DNA of 64,000 nucleotides from assembly GCA_946965045.2 (NCBI GenBank), contig OX337229.1:1488001-1552000 (forward strand). The letters are read 5' to 3'. Of this stretch, positions 1 through 11,074 are shown piece by piece. The notes beneath the pieces are model-generated. The model searched no databases, had not been told where the DNA came from, and saw only the letters and a program-made list of their open reading frames with translations. The translations under genes and the position numbers were made by a program. Every line of letters begins with the position of its first letter. Position 1 is the stretch's first letter. The DNA is from Epithemia pelagica. Lineage: Eukaryota; Protista; Bacillariophyta.

Positions 1-323
1 CTTTAGGTCCCCACCGGGCACTTTTTCCATATCTGCCATCGTCATCGAGTTCTCTCTCATCATTGTAGGGTCTTTTTTTTTTTTGCGATTTGGCCGCTAG
101 ATTGCCCGTTGGCCGGTACATTCACCATGCGATTTCTCCACCAATACTTGACCAATTGCCATGAAATTAGAATATGTTATCGACCTTAGTGTAAATAAAA
201 ACACAACTGACCCATATAGGCTATCCCCAAGCATAGGATGCAAACGAGCTTCCACACCATTGCGTCGATTTTTCGACGTGGCACGGACCACATGAGATTA
301 GCCTACTCATTCATCGAAGTCAG

Positions 324-925
324 CTCCATGGATATGGCCGCTCCAGACGTCCTACTTAGTAGTCTTTTATGTTAGGCTCTACTTTAGCGATCTGAGGTAT
401 CAGATCGATCATCGGTGATATGGCCATTGAGAAAAGGCGATCCATCGATGGACGCTTCTTTTCGACGCATCACACACAACAGGAGTTTTCGACCAAAGGA
501 TGACGAGACCTGGCTCCATGGATATGGCCGCTCCAGACGTCCTACTTAGTAGTCTTTTATGTTAGGCTCTACTTTAGCGATCTGAGGTATCAGATCGATC
601 ATCGGTGGTATGGCCATTGAGAAAAGGCCATCCATCGGTGGACGCTTCTTTTCGACGCATCACACACAACAGGAGTTTTCGACCAAAGGATGACGAGACC
701 CAGCTCCATGGATATGGCCGCTCCAGACGTCCTACTTAGTAGTCTTTTATGTTAGACTCTACTTTAGCGATCTGAGGTATCAGCTTGATCATCGGTGGTA
801 TGGCCATTGAGAAAAGGCGATCCATCGATGGACGCTTCTTTTCGACGCATCACACACAACAGGAGTTTTCGACCAAAGGATGACGAGACCCGGCTCCATG
901 GATATGGCCGCTCCAGACGTACTAC
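324..925 (+). repeat. Left arm tandem array, type A, 190-bp unit, ~3.2 copies
   Basis: ctccatggatatggccgctccagacgt recurs at 324, 514, 704 and 894. Confidence 0.95.
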
Positions 926-1635
926 TTCTTTGACCGTTACTATAGAGACTAAGTTAGGTTATACAAGTCTCAGATCCGGCATAGGGGCCATGGTCCTCAT
1001 GATCGAGGCGATCATCCATGGACAATTATTCGTCGTGCCACGGAGCACAAGGATTTTGGACCAATGGATGATGCCATGCCAATATTCGACAATGGTTCCT
1101 CTGGACGTCCTACTTTTTTGCCCGTTACTATAGAGACTAAGTTAGGTTATACAAGTCTCAGATCCGGCGTAGGGGCCATGGTCCTCATGATCGAGGCGAT
1201 CATCCATGGACAATCATTCGTCGTGCCACGGAGCACAAGGATTTTGGACCAATGGACAATGCCATGCCAATATTCGACAATGGTCCCTCCGGACGTCCTA
1301 CTTTTTTGACCGTTACTATAGAGACTAAGTTAGGTTACACAAGTCTCAGATCCGGCGTAGGGGCCATGGTCCTCATGATCAAGGCGATCATCCATGGACA
1401 ATCATTCGTCGTGCCACGGAGCACAAGGATTTTGGACCAATGGACGATGCCATGCCAATATTTGACAATGGTCCCTCTGGACGTCCTTCTTTTTTGCCCG
1501 TTACTATAGAGACTAAGTTAGGTTACACAAGTCTCAGATCCGGCTTAGGGGCCATGGTCCTCATGATCGAGGCGATCATCCATGGACAATCATTCGTCGT
1601 GCTACGGAGCACAAGGATTTTGGACCAATGGACGA
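926..1635 (+). repeat. Left arm tandem array, type B, 188-bp unit, ~3.7 copies
   Basis: cgttactatagagactaag recurs at 935, 1123, 1311 and 1499. Confidence 0.95.
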
Positions 1636-1714
1636 AGCCGCGCTATGATCCAACTCTAAAGCTTATGTTTCCATATTTATCGTCATTGCTATACTTGACA
1701 GGCTTAACTATCAT

Positions 1715-2227
1715 TTATTTGCCATAGGTGTCGAAGAGGAAGTCACCGTCATCTTGTTGAGTCTCGGCAAAGTCGAACGAAAGATCGCTGTCTACAGCAG
1801 TTCCACGGGAAGATGCACTCTTGAGGCTACGTATGGAGGCGGTGCTCAGGGTGGATAAACGGGACAAAGGCTTCTGATTGTCTTCAGGGATGGGGCTGAT
1901 CTCATCAGCAAACTTGATCTTGGAATGGCGCACTGGAGTGTTGCTCCCTCCGTTCGATCCATGTTCCAGGAAATCGTCTCTCATCTTGAGGATTGATGAT
2001 CGACTCATTTCCACACCAATTGCATCACACCCGAGCAAGATCTCCTTCTTCTTCTCCGTATCTACGGCTTTCGCATTGTCGTCGTTGTTGTTGTTCTTGT
2101 TGTTCTTGTGGGCACCTTTTTGGGTTGGGCGCATAGTGGGTTTGGATGCACCAGTTGTGACAACACTTTTGGTCGTACGGCCTTGGAGCCTCGCACTAAC
2201 ACGGCGCTTGTCGATGTAGAGCGACAT
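1715..2227 (-). CDS. Hypothetical protein (170 aa), cargo of the piggyBac-like element
   Basis: ATG-initiated ORF with natural-looking Ser/Lys/Asp-rich composition; no recognised domain. Confidence 0.5.
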   Translation of the reverse strand: MSLYIDKRRVSARLQGRTTKSVVTTGASKPTMRPTQKGAHKNNKNNNNDDNAKAVDTEKKKEILLGCDAIGVEMSRSSILKMRDDFLEHGSNGGSNTPVRHSKIKFADEISPIPEDNQKPLSRLSTLSTASIRSLKSASSRGTAVDSDLSFDFAETQQDDGDFLFDTYGK

Positions 2228-2716
2228 GTCTTTCTTTCTTTGTCCTTGCTTTTGTCGTCTGTTTTCTTTTCCTTGCTGTCCTTTATGCCTTTATGGGAAG
2301 GTTGCTCTTGTTATTTGATTGATGATCGACCAGTCGTCTCACATTAAAATCTTGTCGCGCTGTAAATTGTGGAGGGCACGCGCTTCAACGGATGGAACTT
2401 TTCTTAAGCATATCGTCACGTTGTTTTAATTAATCCCGAGTGGCAATTGTAGAAAGTCCCCACCGTTTCCCCCAAACCACAACTGCATTTTTATGCATGC
2501 CGACTGGATACCACGGACGTGTTCGTCCTTTCGTGCAGAGAGGAGAGAATTGATCGGCCATCTGAGTGGCAAGCTCCTCTAACTAAAGACTTTTCATTTG
2601 ACAATCCAATAAGGAGTAGGAAAAGAGGTAAGTGCCTATCTCAAACTTGTTTTGCACTGTGCGACTCATCGCGTCTCACCCTTCATATTTTCTACATTTA
2701 CGATGGACGAAGGACG

Positions 2717-3253
2717 ATGTCGGAATACGAGCACGAATCGCGCAATAGACTTCTCCTTGCAAATGGGTTCAACGTGATGCAAGATGACGGGAGCGAGATT
2801 CAGCTCCATGGTAGCCGAGCAACGATCTATGGCGAAGCGGGCGTGAATGTGTACGTCCAAGACGCCGCTGGTGATGGGAAAGGTGGAAAGGGGACGCTTG
2901 TGGTGGATCGAGGTGTCGTTCTTTTACAGCGCTCCAAGTACGGGAGCAACGGTGGGATGCTATCAATTAGCGCATTTGGTCGGGAGAAGATGGATGATTC
3001 GATGCCTGATGTTGTCATCCCAGTCGGATCGATCTACAAGAAAATACGCTCCAAGAAGTTCCGTTCCAAGAGCGGTTCCCTTGTCAAAGGAGAGCTCACG
3101 ATTGAAACGGCTCATTCTTTGGATACCAAGATGGCCATGGGGCCCATGGTCATTACTGTGCGGATGAGTGTTGTTGGGATGGCTACGTTCATGTCACTTT
3201 TTGATAAAGCGACAGAGACGTGGCCCCATCAGGAGAGCGTTCGTACCTATTAG
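2717..3253 (+). CDS. Hypothetical protein (~178 aa from MSEYEHES), cargo
   Basis: First ATG of ORF 2519..3253; globular beta-rich-looking sequence; no recognised family. Confidence 0.55.
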   Translation: MSEYEHESRNRLLLANGFNVMQDDGSEIQLHGSRATIYGEAGVNVYVQDAAGDGKGGKGTLVVDRGVVLLQRSKYGSNGGMLSISAFGREKMDDSMPDVVIPVGSIYKKIRSKKFRSKSGSLVKGELTIETAHSLDTKMAMGPMVITVRMSVVGMATFMSLFDKATETWPHQESVRTY

Positions 3254-3384
3254 TCGTAGGATCCCATAGCATATTACACTTGAGTACTAAGATTTCGATG
3301 TTACTAAGCTCCTAATCATAATTTATTAATATGCAAAGACATGAAACAATGTAGAGTCGACCTGGTTCTCATGTTCGGGACAAA

Positions 3385-6126
3385 TCAGTTGTGGTTTTCC
3401 TTTTGGCTTGCCGCAATAACACGGCACATGTGCTCTTCAAGGCAAGTCCGCACTTGGTCGGGACGAATACCCATGGAGGGCTTACACAAAGGAACTCCAA
3501 CTTTGGCTTCCCCGCGAAACATCTTGATTATATTGCAGCATGTTGGATGCCCGCACATTGATCTCGTGTCATTTTTACAAATAACACATTTGCGCTTCAC
3601 GGGCCGCTGGTCAGATAAAGACTTTTCTGCCTGTTCCACAACCTCATGACAAACCAGTGAATCATTGGTCAGATCAGACACCATGGAGTTAGGAGATGCA
3701 TTCCCCCCCCCCCCCCACATTGTGCACGCTCGATGGCACAGAAGTTGAGGGCCCAACAGTGTGTACCGAAAGCGGCGGACGACGTGTCACTGGGATGTTT
3801 GGTAACATGCCCGCCTTTCGATTGCTGCGATCATCGGAAAAGTTGTTTCTCAAAAGGTCGTTTGCGAGCATATCCGCGAAGTCTTCGATCGTAAAGCTCG
3901 AGAATGGTTCCGCTTGCAGATGAAAACGCATGCCAAGGTAACAATCAGACACTGTCATTCCGAACACCGTTGTCGCAATGCGAAACCATGGATCAACTGT
4001 TCTCCAGTACTGCTCGAGACGGAGGATGCCCTGACGCAGATGATTGTGACGGTCAATTTTATTCGCACACTTGAAGTACTGGGAAATACAGTCAGGCCGT
4101 TCGACTCTCCGGCTTTTGACATTGCCGAACTCATTGGTAAATCGAGCAATGTACGGACATCCCGGGATCGTTTTCCCCGCATTTTTAGTCATAACAAAGA
4201 GGAGGACCTTCTGTGAGTTGTACTTGTATCCGATTCCAACAAGCTTTACTCCCGTCTCAGGTGCCGTGCACTCCATGACGAGATAGGCGCCGGATGGGAA
4301 GTCCTTCATCTCCTTCTCAAGTTCGTCCTTGGGGAACCAAGAGTGGGCGGTCTTGACGGCACCAATCACTTCTTGGGCGTCTGGGTTGACCCCTTTCTCC
4401 TTATCCACGTAATACACGAGACCATCATCATCGTCGTCCTCCGTCTGCTCGTGCCACGTACACTTGAGGTTCTCGGCCATCTTGACACTTCCAAACCAAG
4501 AGTCTCCGATATAGAGGCATCGCTTGGAATCGAGTTGGGATTCATAGCGACCATTTAATTGCTGCCCTGAGTATTGCGAGCCCTCAATCAGTCGCAGAGT
4601 TGTCGCTCCAGTTACTCCCAAACCATCAACATACTTCTTCGCACGCATCGGGAGTCTGCCTTCTTGGATTTCAAGAAAGGTCAGACACCCAGTCGCAGTG
4701 TCTGCAGTCACCTGTCAAGGGAATATCACACAGTGAGTAACAAAGCTTCTGGAAATATCCTCTTCTCCATTTACTCACCTTGAATTCAGTTCCAAGAGGT
4801 TTGGGCTTCCGTGCCACGTAAGACAGATGTGGCAACAATGATGACTTGGTTGTCCGTGGTTGAAATGCACTCATGCATTCATCAAGCACTTGTGTCGCGG
4901 ATGCTGCGACTACGCCTCGGCGATTCTGATTAAAGCCGTCAATCAATGGACGGATTTCATTCCAGGGGTCAGTGGAGTCCCGTCCCGCAAAGGCATGCCT
5001 GAGATGCTCTTTGATATCCATGAACCGACGCTCAGCAATAAAGTTTTCGCCTTTTGTACCGAGATTCACTGTGGACGACAGCCGTCGTTGTTCAGGCTTC
5101 TGGAAAAGAGCCTTTCCTCCCTTTTTGAGGGGATTGGCAGAGAGGATCACTCCCCATACAACCCACCATTCTTTCTCTGTCACGGGTCGAATCTTCTTCT
5201 TTTTATGGCGAGAAGGGTTTGTTCGCTCTAAGAATAAATTAAGGTTTTTTAGCTGATCACGCCAATTTCCTGTAATGGATGAGCAAATTGATAGAAAAAT
5301 GAGACATGGACTAAAGGGCATTCAAGAAAAAGAGTGCTGACTTACCAGGCCAGAAATGAATCAACAAGTCAAGAAAGGGGTACTTGTACTCAATATTATC
5401 TGCGCTAATTTCGTACGGAGCCATTTTCCCCAAAAAGTCGAAGCCTATAATTCCAACAGCCTCTTGGTATTCGGTGACTGACTCATCGGGAGACGAATCC
5501 CGTACAATCTTCCATACGAAAGTTCGGTTGTCGTCGGGCTTTCGGAGTTGGGTATGCTTGATATCTATGGTCGCTTCCTCATCTCCATCAAAATGCACCG
5601 TCCACAGGTTTCCTTGAGTAGCATCTGGATCCTTTCTTCCGCTGATGACTATCCCGTATCGAGGATTCGCACCCCTCTCGGAAACTCTATCCCCGACCTC
5701 AATCCCTTTCTTCTTTGGAGGTTTCATGGTCACTTTCCAGTTGGACGTAATGAGATGCTGTTTTCGAGCCCTATAGGCCGCGAATCTCTGACGGTGAATG
5801 TCGTCGTCTTGTTCAACAAGGGCCCCGAGAGCCATTGCATTGGCTTGCTCAGCCCCTTCATTCTCAAGATCTGCATCAAGCTCCGTTGGATCTTCAGCGG
5901 CTTCATTATCCGCTGCTGCAACCGACGAGTCATCCTCATCGGCGGCGGCAGCGGCCGCTGCCTCGGCAATAACAGCAGCACCACCTTCCTCTTCATCATT
6001 TGCATTGCCTTCATTGGTTGGGGGCCCGTGGTCTACATTCTCCGCTTCCGCAGCTTGCGCTATGATGTTCGGATTGATGTTCGTCTTCGTGTTCGCTATG
6101 ATGTTCGTCTTCGTCTTGGTCCACAT
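3385..6126 (-). CDS. piggyBac (PGBD-like) DDD transposase, spliced, with a C-terminal Cys-rich domain offset by one base
   Basis: Catalytic-type motifs VLDECMSAF, YIGDSWFGSV and NKIDRHNHLRQG are present. GT-AG introns at 5345-5270 (HFWPG/NWRDQ) and 4778-4712 (GTEFK/VTAD) join ORFs 5311..6126, 4671..5321 and 3689..4711 in frame. The Cys-rich tail (CVIC..CGHPTCC..LC..CLEEH) is in ORF 3385..3756 beyond a G14 run. Confidence 0.85.
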
Positions 6127-6808
6127 CTGTCAAAATCGGTGGGTGAATTGTACTCGCTTCCGTGACGGGTGGCTCAGCTCCTGTCGTTGTCGTTGTCGTT
6201 GCCGCGGCCTCGGTTGCGGTTGCGGTTACGGCCACGGTCTCCGTTGCAGTTGCGGCCACGGTCTCGGTTGCAGTTGCAGTTGCGGTTGTAGTTGTTGTTG
6301 TTGTTGTTGCGGCTGCGGCTGCGGTTGCGGTTGCAGTTGCGGGCTCGGTTGCGGCTGCGGCTGCGGTTGTGGTTGTGGTTGTGGTTGTGGTTGTTGTTGC
6401 GGCTGCGGCTGCGGCTGCGGTTGCGGTTGCAGTTGCGGTCTCGGTTGCGGCTGCGGCTGCGGTTGTGGTTGTGGTTGTTGTTGCGGCTGCGGCTGCGGCT
6501 GCGGTTGCGGTTGCGGTTACGGCCACGGTCTCGGTTGCGGCTGCGGTTGTGCTTACGGCTGTTTCATCTGGGTCCGGTACGGGTTCCCCAGGAAAGCGCT
6601 CATCTTTCTTTATTTTCCGTAGTCTCTTGGACGTGGCTTCTTCTATCTGGTCAGTAGGATTGCCTTGCCTGTCTACTACAGCAACACGCCACTTTTGCAA
6701 ATCAAGGGCCTCAATAATAATACATGCCCTGTCTCCTTGTCGTATGTAGCATTTCGTTCCAACTCCTAAAGGTGCTTTCTGATCTTTCGCCTTCTGCGTC
6801 GTGGGCAT
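6011..6808 (-). CDS. Probable N-terminal part of the transposase gene (SH3/Tudor-like segment + Ala/Thr linker); junction to the downstream exon unresolved
   Basis: ATG ORF of 265 aa overlapping ORF 5311..6126 in another frame; a TTTTGACAG acceptor-like site directly precedes 6126. Confidence 0.5.
   Translation of the reverse strand: MPTTQKAKDQKAPLGVGTKCYIRQGDRACIIIEALDLQKWRVAVVDRQGNPTDQIEEATSKRLRKIKKDERFPGEPVPDPDETAVSTTAAATETVAVTATATAAAAAAATTTTTTTAAAAATETATATATAAAAAAATTTTTTTTTTTAAAAATEPATATATAAAAATTTTTTTTATATATETVAATATETVAVTATATEAAATTTTTTGAEPPVTEASTIHPPILTDVDQDEDEHHSEHEDEHQSEHHSASCGSGECRPRAPNQ
6180..6560. repeat. Coding triplet/hexamer low-complexity repeat (GTT/GCG/GTTGCG) encoding poly-Thr/Ala on the minus strand
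   Basis: Runs of gttgcg, gctgcg and gttgtg are directly visible. Confidence 0.9.
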
Positions 6809-7213
6809 CTTTGATTATCTTTCTCTACCGCTTTGTCTCGCGTCTCTATTCTGAGCAATGTAAAAGGTAAAGGAAGACAATTTCCATCGTGGGTCGAAAG
6901 CAAATTTTCGATTTGGAAACATGGTTGTTGAATGAACTGTGGATCGATGTTGGAGGGAAAACCTCTCAGTTTGTGACGCAGTCGCATGTCGCATCAGTCA
7001 ACATACCGAAAAATGTGCCTAATGCAGTCGCAGCAGTCAACGCACCAAAAATGTGGCTTTGCCATGCGCACAGGGCATAAGTAAGTTTGTATTCTCAAAA
7101 GCGTTACTCAATTTTAGTTCAAGTCAACTGTGGATCGTGGTGTTTCGTCGCGTTTCAAGTGTTCGACCGACGAAGGAAACCTTTTGTTGAACACGAGAAT
7201 AAAACGATAAACG

Positions 7214-7274
7214 ATGCCAACGAGGTTTGATACTCTTTTGGATGCTGTAGACACTGTCTCACAGGCAGCCGCAC

Positions 7275-7318
<44 letters not shown>

Positions 7319-9898
7319 GCAACAGCAGCAACAGCAGCAACAACAGCAGCAACAACAGCAGCAACAGCAGACGAAGCGCCCGAAGAGGAGATGACAACAA
7401 CGAAGGAAGCGACACCAACAGCGGGTCATCATCGGTTTCTTTCGGACGCAGATCTTGCTATGGTGACCGAAAATAGGATTGCGGAGAGTCGTCGAGGCAA
7501 TCTGAAGGATGATAGTGACAAAGCCTACAGCGTCACGCACCGTGCGGTGAGTCAGCGCCTCGTTGACCGACGTAAAGAGGCCTACAGGACCGCCGTCGCA
7601 GCAGTGAAGCGCATTAAGAGCTCTACGCGAGATCCGCGTACCAATTTCATCCAAGGACTCACACATCTGGCCTCTACAATCCACGAAAGTGATGTGCTTC
7701 TCAACGCATACGGAGAGTTCGTCTCGCAGAAGATTAGCGTAACATTTTCGGTGAAAGCTGCTCCCATTCGGAAATCAGGGACAGGTATCAAGAAGGAGGT
7801 CGATGAGTACGGTGTCGAACTCGGAACAAATGCACCGAGATCTGTGGGAATTGGGATTCCGTTGAAGCAACACCGAGGGAAAAAAATGAACGTTTTCCCG
7901 AATGTCAGTTTCACGCTCGACCATGACCCGGAGTTCAACATTATGCTGGGAAAAACACCTCTCTTTGTTGTGAAGAAGTCGAAGGTCAAAGTCAAAGACG
8001 GAAAAGACGGTGGATTTGGTATTTTTGCAGCGCAGGAATACAAAGAAGGAGAGGTGATAGGTGTCTATGCAGGACAGGATGTAACAACAAAACTTGTCCC
8101 GCGGAGCGAGTACTCGCTTCAATTTGGAGCCAACGATGAACCACGCACCGTTCAACCTGACAACGAGAACTATTTTTTCATGGGATTCCATCTGAGCAAC
8201 GATCCCTACTACGACCTCTACGACAAGGGTGAAGTCCCCAACGAAGCAGATGAAATGTACAACATTAAAGTGGAAAAAAATCTTCTCGTCCGCGCAATCA
8301 GGGACATCGACGAGGGCAAAGAGTGTTTCTTGTTCTACAACATCACCCAGGAGAATGCAATGCAAGCTTCATCCTACATCCCTCGCGAGGGCGCAGGAAA
8401 GAAGCGTGGTAGATCCACTGGCGGGGAAGAGAGCGAAGATTTGCCGGGAAAGAAGAAGAACAAGAAGAAGCCAAATACACGTCGTTCTGGTGAGGCGGAT
8501 TCTCCAGTGCAGCTCTCTGAACATGGTCCGGTGGATGATGCTCCTGTTGTTTTTCCGATTCCTCAGGTCACTACTCCTGCCATTGCTGCCACTGCGACTG
8601 CCCCTGTTCCTCTTGGTTCCCCTCCTCCAGCCCGTGGTCTTGTCCCTGCTCACGACCATCAAACCTACGGCCAATCTCCTCCGTACCAACATCCACAGCA
8701 GCCTCCACCGTACTATCATCCTCCACGCCAACCTCCTCTGTACCAATCTCCTCCCCACTATCAGCAGTCCGCATTCGCGTCGGTGCACTACCCAGGGCAA
8801 AGTCAGCCTCATTACTCGCCGGCCTACGGGCAGCCACCTTATGGAGAATATGGGCAGGTACCACCACAGCCCATTCATCCTTCCCATCACCCGGTAATCC
8901 ATCATCTCTCCAGTCCGGGAGGATCGGCAGCTCCGTCACTCGAGCGCATTGAAGATTCCGTCGTCAAACAAGCGACTACAGAGCAGCAAGTGAAGGAACT
9001 GCACCGGAAGCATGCCCATTTGTTGGTCGATCTCGAGGGTGACCGCCGAGGACGTTTTGTGGTGGTTGCGAAGGAGCTGCTTGATATGTTGCGTCTACCG
9101 TGGTGTCTCGGAACGGACAGGCACGGAAAGGACAAGATCACGAAGAGGATGCGAGGGGTTCAAAACTTCTCGAAGCAAATTCAAATGCGCATGCAGGAAA
9201 ATGAAGGTTTTGTGATGAGCCATGACTTTAGCGCCTACTCTAAGGACGAGCTAGCTGCAATGACGAAGAATTTCAAGACAGTTCTCGCTCAAGCCCTTGT
9301 GGAGATGGGCTACGCAGCAGACGTCTCGTTTGCGGACGGAATCCAGATTCACCTGTCCTTTATCAAGACCGAAGAGCCAAAAGTCCAAGAGCCGCACCTG
9401 GACTTCATGTGGGAAGTTGTCACGCCGAGTTCCAATGACCTTTTGCCCGGTGAGAGCCCGAGATTGAAAGGAGTGACAACTCGGGGAGTGGGAAAGAAAA
9501 AGGCACCGTTCAAAGAACGTGTCCCGTTTGTTGTCTTCATGCCCCTGACGGAAGCCGGCATGGCCATGGAAATATGGCAGCATCGTAACAACCACACTGC
9601 CAAACTCCATCAGCTGGGTGAGATGGTTGAGATCCCTTATAGAACGATGCTGCTTACGCGAGGCGATACCGTTCACGCAGGAGGCTTCGTGAATGGTACC
9701 CAAGGTGATCCACGTGCCCATTTCTACGTGTACCAAGGACGCGATGAGACTGTCCATACATACCCACCCAGAAACAACTATGAATTACCGACCGAATATA
9801 AGATGAATGATCGTCTCGCAAAATTCTACAAGCACGGTCACAACATCCCTTACTCCTCACCAACGAAAGTGCTCGGTGGACTCGATTTGAACAATTGA
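7214..9898 (+). CDS. SET-domain + PhyH-like 2OG-Fe(II) dioxygenase fusion protein (894 aa), transposon cargo
   Basis: SET motifs: GFGIFAAQEYKEGEVIGVYAG, HLSND and VRAIRDIDEGKECFLFYN. Dioxygenase motifs: QEPHLDF (HxD), VFMPL, GDTVHAGG (distal His) and PRAHFY (Arg). A Pro/Gln/Tyr linker separates the two. Confidence 0.75.
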
Positions 9899-10405
9899 GA
9901 CTTATTAGTTTATAGCTGCATGTAATACTTTAGTTCATTGTTGTGTTGAATGAGCTCTCGGACATGGTTTCTTGTCTCTCTCGTCTCTCGTCACTTGTGT
10001 CTGCGATCTTGATCAGTTGACTTGCAATAAAATTCATCTGTGGATTGGGGGAAATTTGGGGGACGTGTGACATATTCCCTCCAACTCTCCTCCGACTACC
10101 CATGCTATGCCTGGCTATCATGCTGATGAGCGACCGAAAGATACGACGCCCTCAAGTAAGCACTCTAGCGCTCGAAAATTTATGGAGAGAAGGAGTGAAT
10201 TATACACTATTGATCTATATAGAATAGTGTTCGAAGAGTTGACGCTTGGGAGTCATTGGTTACTTGGTGGCATCGCCTTCCCAAAAAATTCCGAACAAGC
10301 AGCCACAAAACAAAAGATCTTCTCCCTCCCAACACTTTCATTGACTGGTACGGGGCGGGATTAGATTTGTCGGTCCTCAGTCCTGCCATCACTTGCAGTA
10401 AAAGC

Positions 10406-10978
10406 ATGTCGTCGCCATCGCTGTCTGATGCGGCCATCATTGCCGAACTCGTAGGACGAGTCTTGTTGGAAATGGACGCCATGCGGAGCAACCACAACGA
10501 AGGACGACAAGCCCAAGCAGAAGAAGAAGATGAAGATGATGAAGATGATGATTATGAAGAAGAAGAAGAAGAAGAAGAAGAAGATGATGATGATGATGAT
10601 TATGAAGAAGATTATGAAGAAGAAGAACAAGAAGAAGAAGAAGAAGAAGAAGAAGCCCACCAAGATCCAGCTCCTGCCGCACCGCATCGTCACTTGATTG
10701 CGGCCTCCCCCAAGCCACACGACGAATTGCATCACAACCATGCGACGAGTCCGTTTCAACCATTCAAGCCACGACCAACCAAACGCTGCCGCCAACAAGA
10801 TCCTCCCTGTGCCATCACCAAGGTCGATCGGAAACCTCGCTACAGTCGTGCCTCTTCTTTGTTTGTGCCGATCCCACACCGAGCCACCACGAAGGAAAAG
10901 GCACCGACTCATCACAAGCGCAAGAAGCCCAAGATTATGTTCTTCATTGACCTGTGCGATAGTTCTGAAGATGAATAG
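10406..10978 (+). CDS. Acidic low-complexity protein (~190 aa) with a GAA/GAT repeat, cargo
   Basis: ATG at 10406 within ORF 10256..10978; poly-Glu/Asp tract; basic C-terminus ending FFIDLCDSSEDE. Confidence 0.5.
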   Translation: MSSPSLSDAAIIAELVGRVLLEMDAMRSNHNEGRQAQAEEEDEDDEDDDYEEEEEEEEEDDDDDDYEEDYEEEEQEEEEEEEEAHQDPAPAAPHRHLIAASPKPHDELHHNHATSPFQPFKPRPTKRCRQQDPPCAITKVDRKPRYSRASSLFVPIPHRATTKEKAPTHHKRKKPKIMFFIDLCDSSEDE

Positions 10979-11074
10979 TTGAGTAACTACATATAGTGCT
11001 GACGTTAGAAACAAGGCAAGACACTTGCTTCATTAGTTAAAAAAGTTTCTGCTTTAAGATTGATTCAATCTCAA

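Noticed and set aside
795-1727. Repeated 81-112 aa ORFs in the arrays (also 11690-12269 and 43230-44370)
   Set aside because: They are by-products of tandem units whose length is not a multiple of three, mostly use non-ATG starts, and have no domain signal.
5798-7684. Poly-Cys, poly-Val and poly-Leu/Arg ORFs
   Set aside because: They are alternative-frame or antisense readings of Ala/Thr triplet repeats in the real genes; the same applies to the poly-Phe/Ile ORFs at 10361-11014.
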